This document shows positions 26,801 through 38,983 of a stretch of DNA of 64,000 nucleotides, piece by piece. Within the stretch, counting starts at the first letter, position 1; every line of letters begins with the position of its first letter. Source of the DNA: Octopus sinensis. Taxonomy: Eukaryota. The stretch lies in NCBI RefSeq assembly GCF_006345805.1, contig NC_043001.1, positions 77,004,001-77,068,000 on the forward strand. The letters are read 5' to 3'. The notes below the pieces were generated by a model. The model saw only the letters and a list, made by a program, of their open reading frames with translations, was not told the DNA's origin and ran no database searches. The position numbers and the translations under genes were made by a program.

Positions 26801-27405
26801 ATCCAATCTTCACATGCATAGGTAGGCAAGCCCTAACATGTTAAATAACCCATAGCTTGAACCCTGAGAGAGGCTATTACAATAGGTCAGAATGGACCTG
26901 GGAACAATCATGTCTAAGAGGTGCTTCCACACTCCTCAAAAGCCCTAGAATTCCTGAACAAGGGTTCCAATGTTGGATGCAGTTTAAAGTTATACCCAGG
27001 ACACATTAACAATAAGACTGACCTGAACACCACTACCTCTCCTATATACAATTCAATTTATACCTCACTATTAATGGAGGGGAATCTGATTGGTTGTTTT
27101 GGGGTTTTTCTTCTTGTTGGTTTTGTTGATTATTGTTTTGGTTTCTGTCATTGTTCTGATTAGTAATATGGAAACTGGTTAATCTCAAAACAACCAGCTC
27201 AAGGAAGGAAAACAAAGGAAAAAGTATGAGATAAAAATAGAGTAGGGGTGAATAGACAGACAGGTTCTCTCTCTCCCTCTCTCTCACATACACACACACA
27301 CAGAGATAAAAAGACAGATAGAAAGCCAGATTGACAGACAGATAGGTAGATAGATAGACAGATAGACAGGTACATAGATATAAAAATAGATAGATAGATA
27401 GATAA

Positions 27406-27443
<38 letters not shown>

Positions 27444-27793
27444 AGACACACACACACACAGAGGCAGATAGATAGACAGACAGACAGATAGAACACAAAG
27501 ACGTACGCACAGACATATACACACACAGATGTACACACATAAATATGCAAATAGACAGATAGGATACGATACATAGTTACCTTAATGGATGAATGAGTTA
27601 GATATTGATAATAGAAGGTAGGTTACCAACCACATGCATATATGTCGCTCTTTTCATATATATATATAAACAATTGTGCGGACACACACATACACACATA
27701 CGAAGGCAACATATAGTCTTACACAGATACTTAAGCACATATACAGTTGCACATATAGATTGACAAAAAGAGATAGAGAAACAAAAGGGCAAC

Positions 27794-27837
<44 letters not shown>

Positions 27838-28127
27838 AGCAGGAGATTTATAAACTTACATAATAAAAGACACAATAAACAAACAAATAAAGGCTGTTTA
27901 ACGATATACACACAATTACTCTTCGAATTCCCTTTAGCCAAATTGGCAAAGGGTGTCGATCTTCACTGCCCCTGTCCTCTACCGTTCTCTGCATCTCCTG
28001 CACGCTGCAATAAGTTTGGCATCATTCCTGGATAAAAAGCATCAATGTAAAGTGGGTGGTTTCCAGTGATTTAGTTCCGACTGAAAGAAGCTGGCCAATC
28101 TATTTCTTTGAGTTTGTGTGGAGTGTT

Positions 28128-28197
28128 GGGGGTTTGGGTTAGGGTTATGGGTTATGGGTTCAGCTATGGGTGGAGTATGGGTTGGATTTAGGGTTTG
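28128..28197 (+). repeat. Degenerate telomere-like G-rich tract
   Basis: GGGGGTTTGGGTTAGGGTTATGGGTTATGGG...TAGGGTTTGGG; nine G3+ runs. Confidence 0.7.
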
Positions 28198-28239
28198 GGT
28201 GACAAGGAAGCGGTTTCATGAAAATAGCAGGAGATCAGT

Positions 28240-28334
28240 AAAAGTGATATATACACATACACAAATGTATACATATACACACACATATATACATGTATGA
28301 TATCAATACATACATATATAGGGAGAGATAGGTA

Positions 28335-28383
<49 letters not shown>

Positions 28384-28735
28384 TATATATACACATATAT
28401 ATGTGTGTGTATGTACATATATATATATATATATACATATATACACACACACATACATACATTCACCTATATAGACATACATACAAATATACACCTATAT
28501 AGATATACATACATATACACAACTATATAGATATACATACACAACTATATAGATATACATACATGCATACATCTATATACATACACACATCCATACATAC
28601 ATATATGTATGTATATATGTATTTTTGTATATATATTTCTATGTGTATATATATATATATATATATATGTGTATATATATATATATACACACACACACAT
28701 GCACCCATACATAGGTACATATACATATGTGATAG
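28240..28735. repeat. Compound (TA)/(CATA)/(TG) microsatellite field
   Basis: Directly visible. Confidence 0.9.
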
Positions 28736-29129
28736 TGCAGGAGTGGCTGTGTGGTAAGTAGTTTCATTACCAACCATATGGTTCAGGGTTCAGTCCCACT
28801 GTGTGGCACCTTAGGCAAGTGTCTTCTACTATAGCCTCGGGCCGAATAAACCATGTGAATGGATTTGGTAGATGGAAACTGAAAGAAGCCCATCATATAT
28901 GTATATATGTGTGTGTATGTGAGCGTATATGTTTGTGTGTCTGTGTTTGTACATCCAACATCACTTGACAACCAATGGCGGTGTGTTCATGTCCCTGTAA
29001 CTTAGCGGTTTGGTAAAAGAGACTGATAGAATAAGTACTAGGCTTAGAAAGAATAAGTCCTGGGTTGATTTGCTTGACTAAAAGTGGTGCTCCAGCATGG
29101 CTGCAGTCAAATGACTGAAACAAATAAAA

Positions 29130-29130
<1 letters not shown>
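28735..29130 (+). mobile_element. SINE family A copy
   Basis: Complete head, body and tail. Confidence 0.88.
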
Positions 29131-29165
<35 letters not shown>

Positions 29166-29375
29166 TCATCATCATCATCATCGTTTAACGTCCGCTTTCC
29201 ATGCTAGCATGGGTTGGACGGTTCAACTGGGGTCTGGCAAGCCCGAAGGCTGCACCAGGCCAGTCAGATCTGGCAGTGTTTCTACAGCTGGATGCCCTTC
29301 CTAACGCCAACCACTCCGAGAGTGTAGTGGGTGATTTTATGTGCCACCGACACAGGTGCCAGACGAGGCATATAC

Positions 29376-29414
<39 letters not shown>

Positions 29415-30442
29415 CAGAGAGAATTAATAATATCAGGGTAATAAATATTTTTGAAATTTTTACTACCAGTGGCCTAGCCTGTAGAAAAATGAGTCAATAG
29501 GCTATATATTATTCATATAAATACAGTGTACATTTAAACACATAAGAGGTATCTGTCATAGGATTCCTGGCACGCTAGAAGGAACAGCCAAAGTCCAAAC
29601 CTCTATTAGGGATAAAACTTCGAAGGGAATGAAAAATAAAAGCATTTACCATATATATATATATATATATATATTTAGGAAGACTTACAAGTAGGGAAAG
29701 AGCCAAAACAGTAGGTGTTCTCTCTTTATGAGTTTTTCATATTTTTGTACAACATACAAACTGTGACTCAAGAATTTCAGTGAGAACACTGCATTAACTT
29801 CCTCTTCATCATCTCATCACCACAACATATGTCTATCAATCTACCTGTCTATGTGTGTGTGCGTGCGTGTGTGTGTGTGTGTGTGTGTATGCATGTGTGT
29901 ATGTATGTATGAATGTATATATCATCATCATCATCATTTAGTGTCTGTTTTCCATGCTAGCATGGGTTGGACGGTTCAACTGGGGTCTGTGAAGCTGGAA
30001 GGCTTCATCAGGCCCAGTCAGATCTGGCAGTGTTTCTACGGCTGGATGCCCTTCCTAACGCCAACATATATATATATATAGTGTTTGCCACCTTACCTCG
30101 TCTGGCTTAACAACCCTCCCTGTTTGTTTTCATTTCATTTGGTTTGTTGTATGTCCTGTTTTTGTTACCAGCTTTGACCCTCCGCAAATCCCAAATTTTA
30201 TTTTGATTTGCGGGAGCAACTGTTTCTTGAAGACACATATTGTTGTGAATTGCTCGAAATATGGAGTAGATAAACAGCCGAAAACTGATGAAGGGTTGTT
30301 CTTTATGTTACTTGTTTCTATTTGTATTTCATGTCTTCATATTTCATTATCCATGCTGTTTACATTTTGTGATGTCCTGTACCCATATATGCATGACGCC
30401 ATGATAGATCGTTAGCTCCTACACGCATTTTTTTTCTGTGTA

Positions 30443-30480
30443 TCTTTCTGTCGAAGAGCGTAGGCTCGAAACGTAAAAGA
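30443..30480 (+). ncRNA. Minimal type I hammerhead ribozyme motif (core mutated A6>U)
   Basis: UCUUU-CUGUCGA-A-GAGC(GUAG)GCUC-GAAA-CG-UA^-AAAGA: 5-bp stem I, 4-bp stem II, palindromic ACGU in the stem III position. Confidence 0.6.
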
Positions 30481-30574
30481 CTTTTTCTATTTCTATTCCT
30501 AAGCGCTCTACTAATACATTTGTTTGTTTGTACTCCACCTGCCTTCGTCTTTTGTTTATTTTCGTAAACTTTCC

Positions 30575-30610
<36 letters not shown>

Positions 30611-30787
30611 TATATGTAAATATGCACATATATGTATGTATATATGCATATGTGAGTATATATATATATATGTATTTTATTTATATTACTATATGATTGA
30701 ACGTCATGCATCCATTTCCAAGCATTTATATGAGTAGGTGGACAAACGAAAGAAAGGGCACTCAACACATTTACTGCAAGTTACAAG

Positions 30788-31024
30788 TATTATTCAAAAT
30801 TGTTTAATTCAGATTCTGTGCTACTTCAAGTTTCAAAGGCCCTAACGGACCCTTTCTTGTCATGCTGGTAATAATCCAAATGACTGTTAATAATCTGGAT
30901 GGCAAAAGTCTGGCTGGTAATAATCAAGTCATTCAGATTATTACCAGCATGACAAGAAAGGCTCTATTAGGGCCTTTGAAACCTGAAGTAGCATGGAATC
31001 CAAATAAAACTGTTTTGAATAATA
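30788..31024. mobile_element. Foldback MITE (~100-bp arms)
   Basis: TATTATTCAAAA..GTTTCAAAGGCCCTAA..TTTCTTGTCATGCTGGTAATAATC is inverted at GATTATTACCAGCATGACAAGAAA..TTAGGGCCTTTGAAAC..TTTTGAATAATA. Confidence 0.85.
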
Positions 31025-32002
31025 TACACACATGCACACACACACATATATATATATGTATGTATATAAGACAACAAAAAGAAAGTATGACATGCCTGAT
31101 CTTTCTTTCTTGGTTCGCCCGTCGCCCGTCGTCCGTCGTCCGTCGTCCTCCCTGTGCCTGTGAAATCTTGTACCCCTGCTATAAGGCTTTATTTCCACAC
31201 ACGCCAGCTTAATTTAATTCGTCCTTAGTTGAAAGACATCTGTTGTTATGTCCTGTTATTTGTATTTGTGTAACATTCTCTGTATTTTTTCCGTCTTTGT
31301 TTTCATATACATTCGCTGCTTTCTTCCCAAGGAATCTAATGCTCTTAGCTTATTTTTTCCTTGGGGCTGGCCAGATTGGAGCAATCTTGAGTATAACCAG
31401 CCAAAATTGCAAAGATAATCTGGAACTCAACTGAGGAAAGAAAACTCCAAATGACCCGTGCTTGTTCTCTTTGTATTGTCTGTCTGGATGTTTTGCGTTC
31501 CTGTTCCATTTTGTATTTTACTCACACACCCAGACACACATATATATACATCCATAATTTAAAAAAAAACGTGTAGTAAATAAACATACGAACATATACT
31601 AAATACACAGATGAACAGAAGATCACTATCTCCACTTCAGTTATCAGCCAGAGGGTCGAGTGCAATTTCAGCCATTATTGACAATATTACTTTCACTCTG
31701 GAGGCACTGGCATGACCTTCTATGTTTTCCATTCGTCTGTGTATTCAGTATATGCTCGTATGTTTATTTACTACACATTTTTTGAATTATACACACACAC
31801 AGAGTTATGTCATACTTTCCTTTTGTTGTCTTTTAATTTAATTCTGAAAATATTATGTAACACACGCACTCATTGCGTGATCCAGAGAGGATTGGACAGC
31901 GTGCTGTGACCAGCGGTGTCAAATGGACGCCTGACGGACTGGTCGGTCAAGGTGATATATATATATATAGTGTTGTGTCTTGAATATATAAGAATTTATC
32001 AT

Positions 32003-32310
32003 GTTGTGTCTTGGGAGGAGGGTCATTACACAAAGTAATAATAGCAAACACACTGGTTCAATATCACTTGTATATTTTTAGATAATTGGTTATATATCTA
32101 ACTAACTAACTAATCAATCATTTGTTTAATGTGCTGGTTAAACAACCAACCAACCAAATAAACAATCAATTGTTTAACCAGAACATTAAACAAATTATCA
32201 ATTAGTTAGTCAATTAGATATTTAACCAAGTGACTAACAATAAAGAAGTTATACTGAGCCAGAGTGTGTGTTTATTATTATTGGCATAATGACTCAACCA
32301 AGACGCAAGA
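32003..32310. mobile_element. Older, diverged foldback MITE (~120-bp arms)
   Basis: TTTGTTTAATGTGCTGGTTAAACAA vs TTGTTTAACCAGAACATTAAACAAA, with further imperfect outer symmetry. Confidence 0.7.
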
Positions 32311-33163
32311 CTTGTTTCAACACATGAATTCACACACACACACACATATATTCAAATATGAATTAGAAGCACAGCATTAGTGTTCACCATTCAGCTGTGA
32401 TTTGATGCAATGGAGATGACTCTCAAAACACTGGGTGTTAAAACACCTGAAAGTCATAGACAAGTGAGACAACTCACCCCAAGTCCCCATTCAAGAGCGA
32501 TGGGCATTGATGTTTCGCCACTTTTTGTCGCTTATCAAAATCCTGTACCCTTAACTGAAGGCAAATTGAATAGTCTGTCCATGGCTATATGTAGGATGGT
32601 ATAAACAAATGGTGTAAAAATGATCTGTTGATATACCTGAATGGTGCACATGCAGGAATGACATTGATGTCTATTGCTCTTAATGAAACTTGGGGTGACT
32701 TTTCTTACCTATCTATGACTAAGACTTTCAGGTGTATTAACACCTGGTTCTTCGAGACAGAGAGTCATCTCCACCACATCAAATCACAACCTCATGGCAT
32801 ACAAGCAAAGCACATACATTGTGTATGAGTATTTGATTATATACGTGTGTGTATTCTTTTATTCATTTACTTGTTTCAGTCATTGGACTGTGGGCATGCT
32901 CGAGCACTGCCTTGAAGGGTTTTAGTTGAACAAATTGACCCCAGGACTTATCTTTTTTATGCCTAGTACTTATTCTACAGGTTTCTTTTGCCAAACTGCT
33001 AAGTTATGGGATCATAAACATACTAACACCAGTTGTCAAGCAGTGATAGGGGAAAACACACACACATATATACATATATATGATTCAATATGTGACCGTG
33101 TGTGTATCGTTGGCGATTTTTTTCTCCTCCATCTTCCCTTCCTTGGATCTTTCCTTTTCCTAT

Positions 33164-33198
33164 GTTTCTGACGAAGAGCTCTGCTCGAAACGTTAAAT
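33164..33198 (+). ncRNA. Minimal type I hammerhead ribozyme motif (core intact)
   Basis: GUUU-CUGACGA-A-GAGC(UCU)GCUC-GAAA-CG-UU^-AAAU. Confidence 0.65.
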
Positions 33199-33294
33199 CC
33201 TCCTTCTTTCTTTCCTTTCCTGAGCGTCCAATAACACTATACTTGTTCCACATCCTCGTGTTGTTGTTTTCTCTTTGTGTTTTCATGTTTGGAT

Positions 33295-33359
<65 letters not shown>

Positions 33360-33370
33360 CGATAGACAGA

Positions 33371-35005
33371 TAATTTCTTTATTGACCACACAGGGCTAAA
33401 CACAGAGGGGACAATTACAATGTAGAGTTTTTCTTTTTGAGGGGGGTGAAAAAAAAAAGGAACAATCAAAATCGTTGAAAAAAAATGTTGAAATAGTACA
33501 AAAAGTTCCCAAGAAATGGGGAGGTTTATCTGTGGAAAGAAAAACCCACAAAAAGACCACAGTAACCTCGGGCAATTAGGTCACATATTAACATTTATTT
33601 ACAAATAAGTAACTCTCTGTATTAAATATCTTTATGGTTCATAGGATCATGCTCAAGGTGGCTTCGTCATTCATTCATGCCATCCTTGCTACAGTTACCC
33701 ATCTTTTTTTGAAACAGTCGCTAGACAAAACTTCCCTCTCTACTCTCACCTTCCTTTTCAAGTGATACTTGAAAAAGTTCATGAGAGATTGACCAGAGAG
33801 GAAAGTGTTTGTCTCTAATCCTTTCAGACATGTCTACCAGATACATTCTTTCACCATAGCTACAAGTATTATGAAAATAGCTCTTCCTTCCCGTTTCAGG
33901 GAAGGAGGCGTGACGATATTGACGGTAGACTCGGCTGATAAACCGACTCATCCCACACGTGACAGCAGTTGTTTGACATAAGCCCACAGGTCAGAAATGG
34001 TTGGACACTGCACGAGTGCGTGCAGAACGGTTTCGTCGCTCTGACCACATCTCGGGAGGTCGACCCCGTGTTTCTCGAACCATGTCTTTAGAGCTTATCC
34101 TGAACGGGTAGCGCTTCTTGATAGCACAGCCAGGCAAGGGATCTCTGGAAATTGTCCATAGGTCCCAGGCCAAAAGTTGTCTTGAATAGGCGGGTCAGGT
34201 ATTCCTCATTGACACCCAGGTTCGCCCCGAGATCACCGTCGTACCTCCCCTCCACTAATCCCTTATAAAATGCTTTCGTGGTGATGCAGTCGCTCAAGTT
34301 CGACCCAGGACGGCAAAGTTGCTGCAGAGCAACGCGGCACTCATGGTGCCATTCGACCTTCCTAGGACTCTTTTTGATCCATGATTGTAGATTGGTCATG
34401 GACACGAGTTGCGGGAAAGCATGCTGCACAAACGACGACCACACCTGCTCACCATCGTCTACGTAGAGCCGAAGATGTCGCAGTCTCAGCGTGTGTCTGT
34501 GCATCATCAACCACAGCATGCCCATTGACAGCAAACGGATCACCTGACCATCGGAACGTTTCCTTTCCACAAGAAGCGGAAGAGGATGCGTTCAAGTTTG
34601 GTGAAGGTGGGGTCGGAACAAGCCACGACGGTCAGGTGGTAGTTGATGTTGGATGTGATGTACGCATTCGCCACCTCCGCCCGACCTTTTAGGGACAATT
34701 TCCTCTCGGCCCAATGCCTGCAGAGAGTGGCCACCCTACTCGTTATCTCGTCCCAGTTCTTCTCCGTTTGCAGGTCTGGACCGAACCAGATTCCGAGCAA
34801 TTTGACCGGCCCATCTGTCCAGCGTCCCACTACTGAGGTGCTGGTGGATGGCATGAGCTTGCTTCTCCAGGTGCCCAGCTGCAAGCCCACCGACTTTTCT
34901 CAGTTGATTTTTGCTCCTGTCACTGCTTCGTAGTCTTGCAGTATCTTGCCGACTAGCTCGATGTGTTTGTGGTTAGACACTATGACGGTGACGTCATCCG
35001 CGAAG
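33371..35005 (-). mobile_element. 5'-truncated Tx1/L1-clade LINE (RT C-terminal half, ORF2 tail, 3' UTR)
   Basis: Starts at ADDVTVIV; continues GAKIN*EKS, VKLLGIWFG, W..RKLSLKGRAEVANAYI, FRFLWKG. ORF ends near 33645, then a ~270-bp UTR ending CAATAAAGAAATTA. Confidence 0.88.
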
Positions 35006-35212
35006 AAAAATATACAATTTAATTAGGGTTGAAACTGACCCTAGGGGCAAATTCCTCCCATGGAAAAGCACTCAAATGAAAGTTAGGTGCTTTACACACC
35101 TTATTTACAAAAATGTACACTAAAACGAGGGCTATAAATGGTCAAAATAAATGATTACCTTCGGAGCCAATGTGACAACACGTCAGTCGATAGATAGATA
35201 GATAGATAGATA

Positions 35213-35850
35213 GGGCCTCTCACTCAGAGTGAAAGGTATACTGTATGATGTGTGAACAGCCATGCTACATGGCAGTGAAACATGGGCTGTGACTGCTGAG
35301 GACATGCATAGGCTTGAAAGAAATGAAGCTAGTATGATCTGCTGGATATGTAATGTTAGTGTACATACATGACAGAATGTAAGTGCCCTGAGAGGAAAGT
35401 TGGACATGAGAAGCATCAGATGTGGTGTGCAAGAGAGATGACTATGCTGGTATGGTCATGTGTTGTGTATGGATGAAGATAGCTGTGTGAAGAAGTGTCA
35501 CACCCTAACAGTGGAGGGAACCTAAGGAAAAGGTTGACCCAGGAAGACATGGGATGTGGTGGTGAAGCCCGACCTTGAAATGTTGGACCTCATACAGGCA
35601 ATAATAAGCAACTAAGACCATTGGAGATATGCTCTGTTTGAGAAGACCAGGCAAGCCAGGTGAGATCATAGCTGTGGTTGATGCCAGTGCCACCTGACTG
35701 GCACCCATGACAGTGGCATGTAAAAAGCACCATTTGAGCATGGCTGATGCCAATGCCACCTGACGTGCCAGTGACATATGTAAAGCACCCACTACACTCT
35801 CGGAGTGGTTGGTGTTAGGAAAGGCATTCAGCTGTAGAAACCTTGCCAAA
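35213..35850 (+). mobile_element. RTE-clade LINE 3' fragment (ORF C-terminus plus family-D-type 3' UTR)
   Basis: Translates GLSLRVKGILYD..TAMLHGSETW...LCWYGHV...GKG*PRKTW with stops, several at probable CGA>TGA sites. Runs directly into the family D sequence. Confidence 0.88.
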
Positions 35851-36654
35851 TAGACGTCCAAAAGTCAATACTGATCACGTTGCCAAACCCTGATATAATC
35901 AGAAATCCAGTAAATGCATACATAATTGTTTAATATAGACACCAATAGAAGACAAAAGAAAATAAAGTTAAACACAAAAAACTTAACCAATTTACAGAAA
36001 AAGTCGCAATGAGACACTCCCTAAAACGTTACATCCATATTTAAAGCAGTTTGTCTTCGTCATTGTTTAAAATTCATCAATGTCTAATCTCAACTGTCTC
36101 ACAGCAATAAGGAACTTGAAACAAATGTTGTTTAGCTCCAGCTCAAGCAGACCCGTGATTAATTCATTTACTACAGATAGCAAATATGTCCACTCAAAAT
36201 TTTGTTTTTCCAATTTATCTTTTGCTTAAGAAGGTCATCTTTGAAATTATTTTCTGTTGAGATATGCTAAGTTTATTGAGGCAATGTGATTTGCAGGAAA
36301 GTTCTATTTTCTGGTAGATATTTAACATTGCTACTAGAATAACTACGAAAGTTAATTTTGCAGTCGAAGGGTTAAAAGTGTTCCAGTCTTCTACTCAGAT
36401 ACGGAGTACGTAAAATTATGTTATGTTATTTCGTTTTTTTTTTTAGACAATATCGTATTATTTGGTTGTTATTCATAGTTGTTCGAAGGATTAAATTGCC
36501 TCTAACAGGAAAGTTAATTTTGAAGGGAGGTAACTATTGTGAATTATCTCGCTTGCTATAAATAAGGGTTAGTTAAATTCGAGAGTACCCTCCCCTGCTA
36601 TTCCGAACCTAGCGTGTCATATTTGTCAAATTTACAACGCGGTTTACGAACTCT

Positions 36655-37160
36655 TCAGGGTGCGAGTAAACACATTAAAGACCAAGACACTGATCCAGCC
36701 TGCACCCGGCCAGAACAGTCCACCCACAAACATTAGCATCAATGGCCAACCCCTAGAAGTTGAACACTTCACATACCTTGGAAGTATCCTTTCGAAGACC
36801 TCCACCTGTGAAAAAGATGTGAACAGGATTGGAGTGGCCCACTCCGCCAACGTGTATTCTTCAATCACGCGCTGACCATCCGGGCAAAGATCATGGTCTT
36901 CCGTGCCATTGTCCTGTCAACTCTACTCTTGTGAGACTTGGGCGTTCTACCGCCGTGACTTCATGCGCCTTGTATGCTTACAGCAATCGAAGTTACGACA
37001 GACCCTCAACATACAATGGGAAGATCACGTTCCCAACAACGAGGTTCTTCGCCGTGCCTCACTATCAAGTGTCGAATCCACCATTCTTCGCCATCGTCTC
37101 CCCTGGGCAGGTCACGACCAGTGTATGGAGCCCTCTCGTCTCCCAAGGATCATGCTCTAC
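36655..37160 (+). mobile_element. RTE (BovB-like) LINE fragment
   Basis: LEVEHFTYLGS, LYSCETW, IQWEDHVPNNEVLRRASL, RLPWAGH, SRLPRIMLY. Confidence 0.88.
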
Positions 37161-37402
37161 GACCCTAGTACTTATTCTTTGTAAGCCTAGTACTTCTTCT
37201 ATCAGTCTATTTTGCCGAACCGCTAAGTTACGGGGACGCAAACACACCAGCATCGGTTGTCAAGCGATGTTGGGGGGACAAACACAAAATAATCATATAC
37301 ATATACACACACATACATATATACGACGGGCTTCTTTTCAGTTTCCGTCTACCAAATTCACTCACAAGGCTTTGGTCGGCCCGAAGCTATAGTAGAAGAC
37401 AC

Positions 37403-37940
37403 ATTAAGGGAGCAGGGAGAGATTCCACTATTAACTGCTCCAGGATCCTATTTTGGTCCTTGGAAAGACCAGACTTTCGGCTGATTGGGTCCATAGGATA
37501 ACACTTTCACATTCAGCAGCTTGGTAAGGCTACCCAGACCCCGGCGGATAGAGTCCTCTGTCCACTCGGGCTCAACTCCGGGTGGCAAACCGCAGATCCA
37601 AACTTTCAATAATTTCTTTTCACAATAGCTTGGAAGAAACATTATTTCCTCACCCTCGAGGGGCTGACTTGCAAAATCACAAGCTTCTTGGGGGGAGTCA
37701 AATAGCAACCAGACCGTTGCATATTTGACTCCCCGTGAAATAAATTTAATGGCTGGCATGTAATCTGCCAGCTCATTCAAAATTGTGGCCCTTGGGAAGA
37801 CGGCTATGGTGTCAAGCGACTTTGAATAAGTCAACACCATCGTCTTCCTTTCAAGCTCTTTTAACCATTTTTGGGGAGGTGTCAAGTCCCATACAAGAAA
37901 TTCCTTTGCTATTTCAACACAAAGTTCAATTACAGTTCAA
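37403..37940 (-). mobile_element. Probable Tx1/L1 ORF1 (RRM-like) fragment
   Basis: 145-aa ORF with IKFISR...VWLLFDS...LPSYCEKKLLKVWICGLPPGVEPEW, resembling Tx1-type ORF1. Preceded by ~900 bp of possible 5' UTR up to 38838. Confidence 0.6.
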
Positions 37941-38983
37941 AATGTAAGAAAATAAAATAAGACACAAAAAAAGAAGAAGGAAAGACACAACAGAAAGGAA
38001 GAAATAAAATAAAAATAACAGTTCAAAAAAAGTTCTTTTTTTTTAAATAAACGAAAGCTTTGAAGAAGAGAGTTCAAATCCAGGCAAAGAAATAAATTAA
38101 TTTTCGGCCGAAAAGGTACTCCTGGCTAAATGTACATAGGTTCCTTGGTATGAATCGTTTTTACCCGTAATTGGTAAAAGAAATCCAATAAATCCAAACA
38201 CAATACTGGCTACAGCCAACGGTAACTGCAACAGCAACTGTAACAGGTTCTAATCATTCGGGCAAGGATATGCCCCTCCACTGTTTTTTTTAAAATGAAT
38301 CCTAAAAATTCACACTAAATTCACAAAACAGCAGCCGCCGAGAGCAGGCGAAATTGTCCCAGCAATGGGCGAAATTTGTTAACAAAAAATTACACCCAGC
38401 TCAGATAAAACAAAATCACAACCTTCTCTGTTTTTGTTCTTTTTTCTTGTAATTGGCCAGAGCCAACACACTCACGTCCACCTTGCAAAAACAGTCCCTC
38501 CTGCCTTGGTAATCCTTGGTAATCCACAGACATAAAGATAAATTTCGCAAAGAAATTAATTTTTGCGGAGGGGCTACGCCTCCTTAAAAAACACAATTCT
38601 CACTGCAAAATGAGTCTTTATAGGCGGCCACAGGCAGGCAAATGTCCGGAGCAGAGTGGAGTCTATTACTCACCAAAAAATATTAAATACAAGGCAACAA
38701 GCTCCACTAAGCCCTCAAAAAAATACAACAAATGTCTACCTGTAGTCGAGCCTCAAAGTTCAATATTTCACGACGAAAGACATGGCATCAAGCAGCAAGA
38801 ACTCTCCCCCAAAAACAAACACATCCGTCTCCGACAAAGGTTAGCAAGCTACTTGCCACACAGCCACTCCTAGCAATTTTATATATTTTGTTTAAAAAAT
38901 ATTTCATATTTTTTGCTAAAGACATAACCATGCATAGATAAACAAAACGAAGTGGGGAAAGCGCTTGCACAAGCACATACATA

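Noticed and set aside
27920-28027. 108-bp - strand segment with AG/GT boundaries
   Set aside because: Stops in all three frames; no support as a coding exon.
28128-28197. True telomere or chromosome-fusion site
   Set aside because: Only one exact TTAGGG, short and degenerate, with no head-to-head array.
30275-30310. CTGATGAAG as another hammerhead core
   Set aside because: No downstream stem II/GAAA. A similar partial motif at ~3350 also lacks stem I.
34278-34933. + strand ORFs
   Set aside because: Antisense to the Tx1/L1 ORF2.
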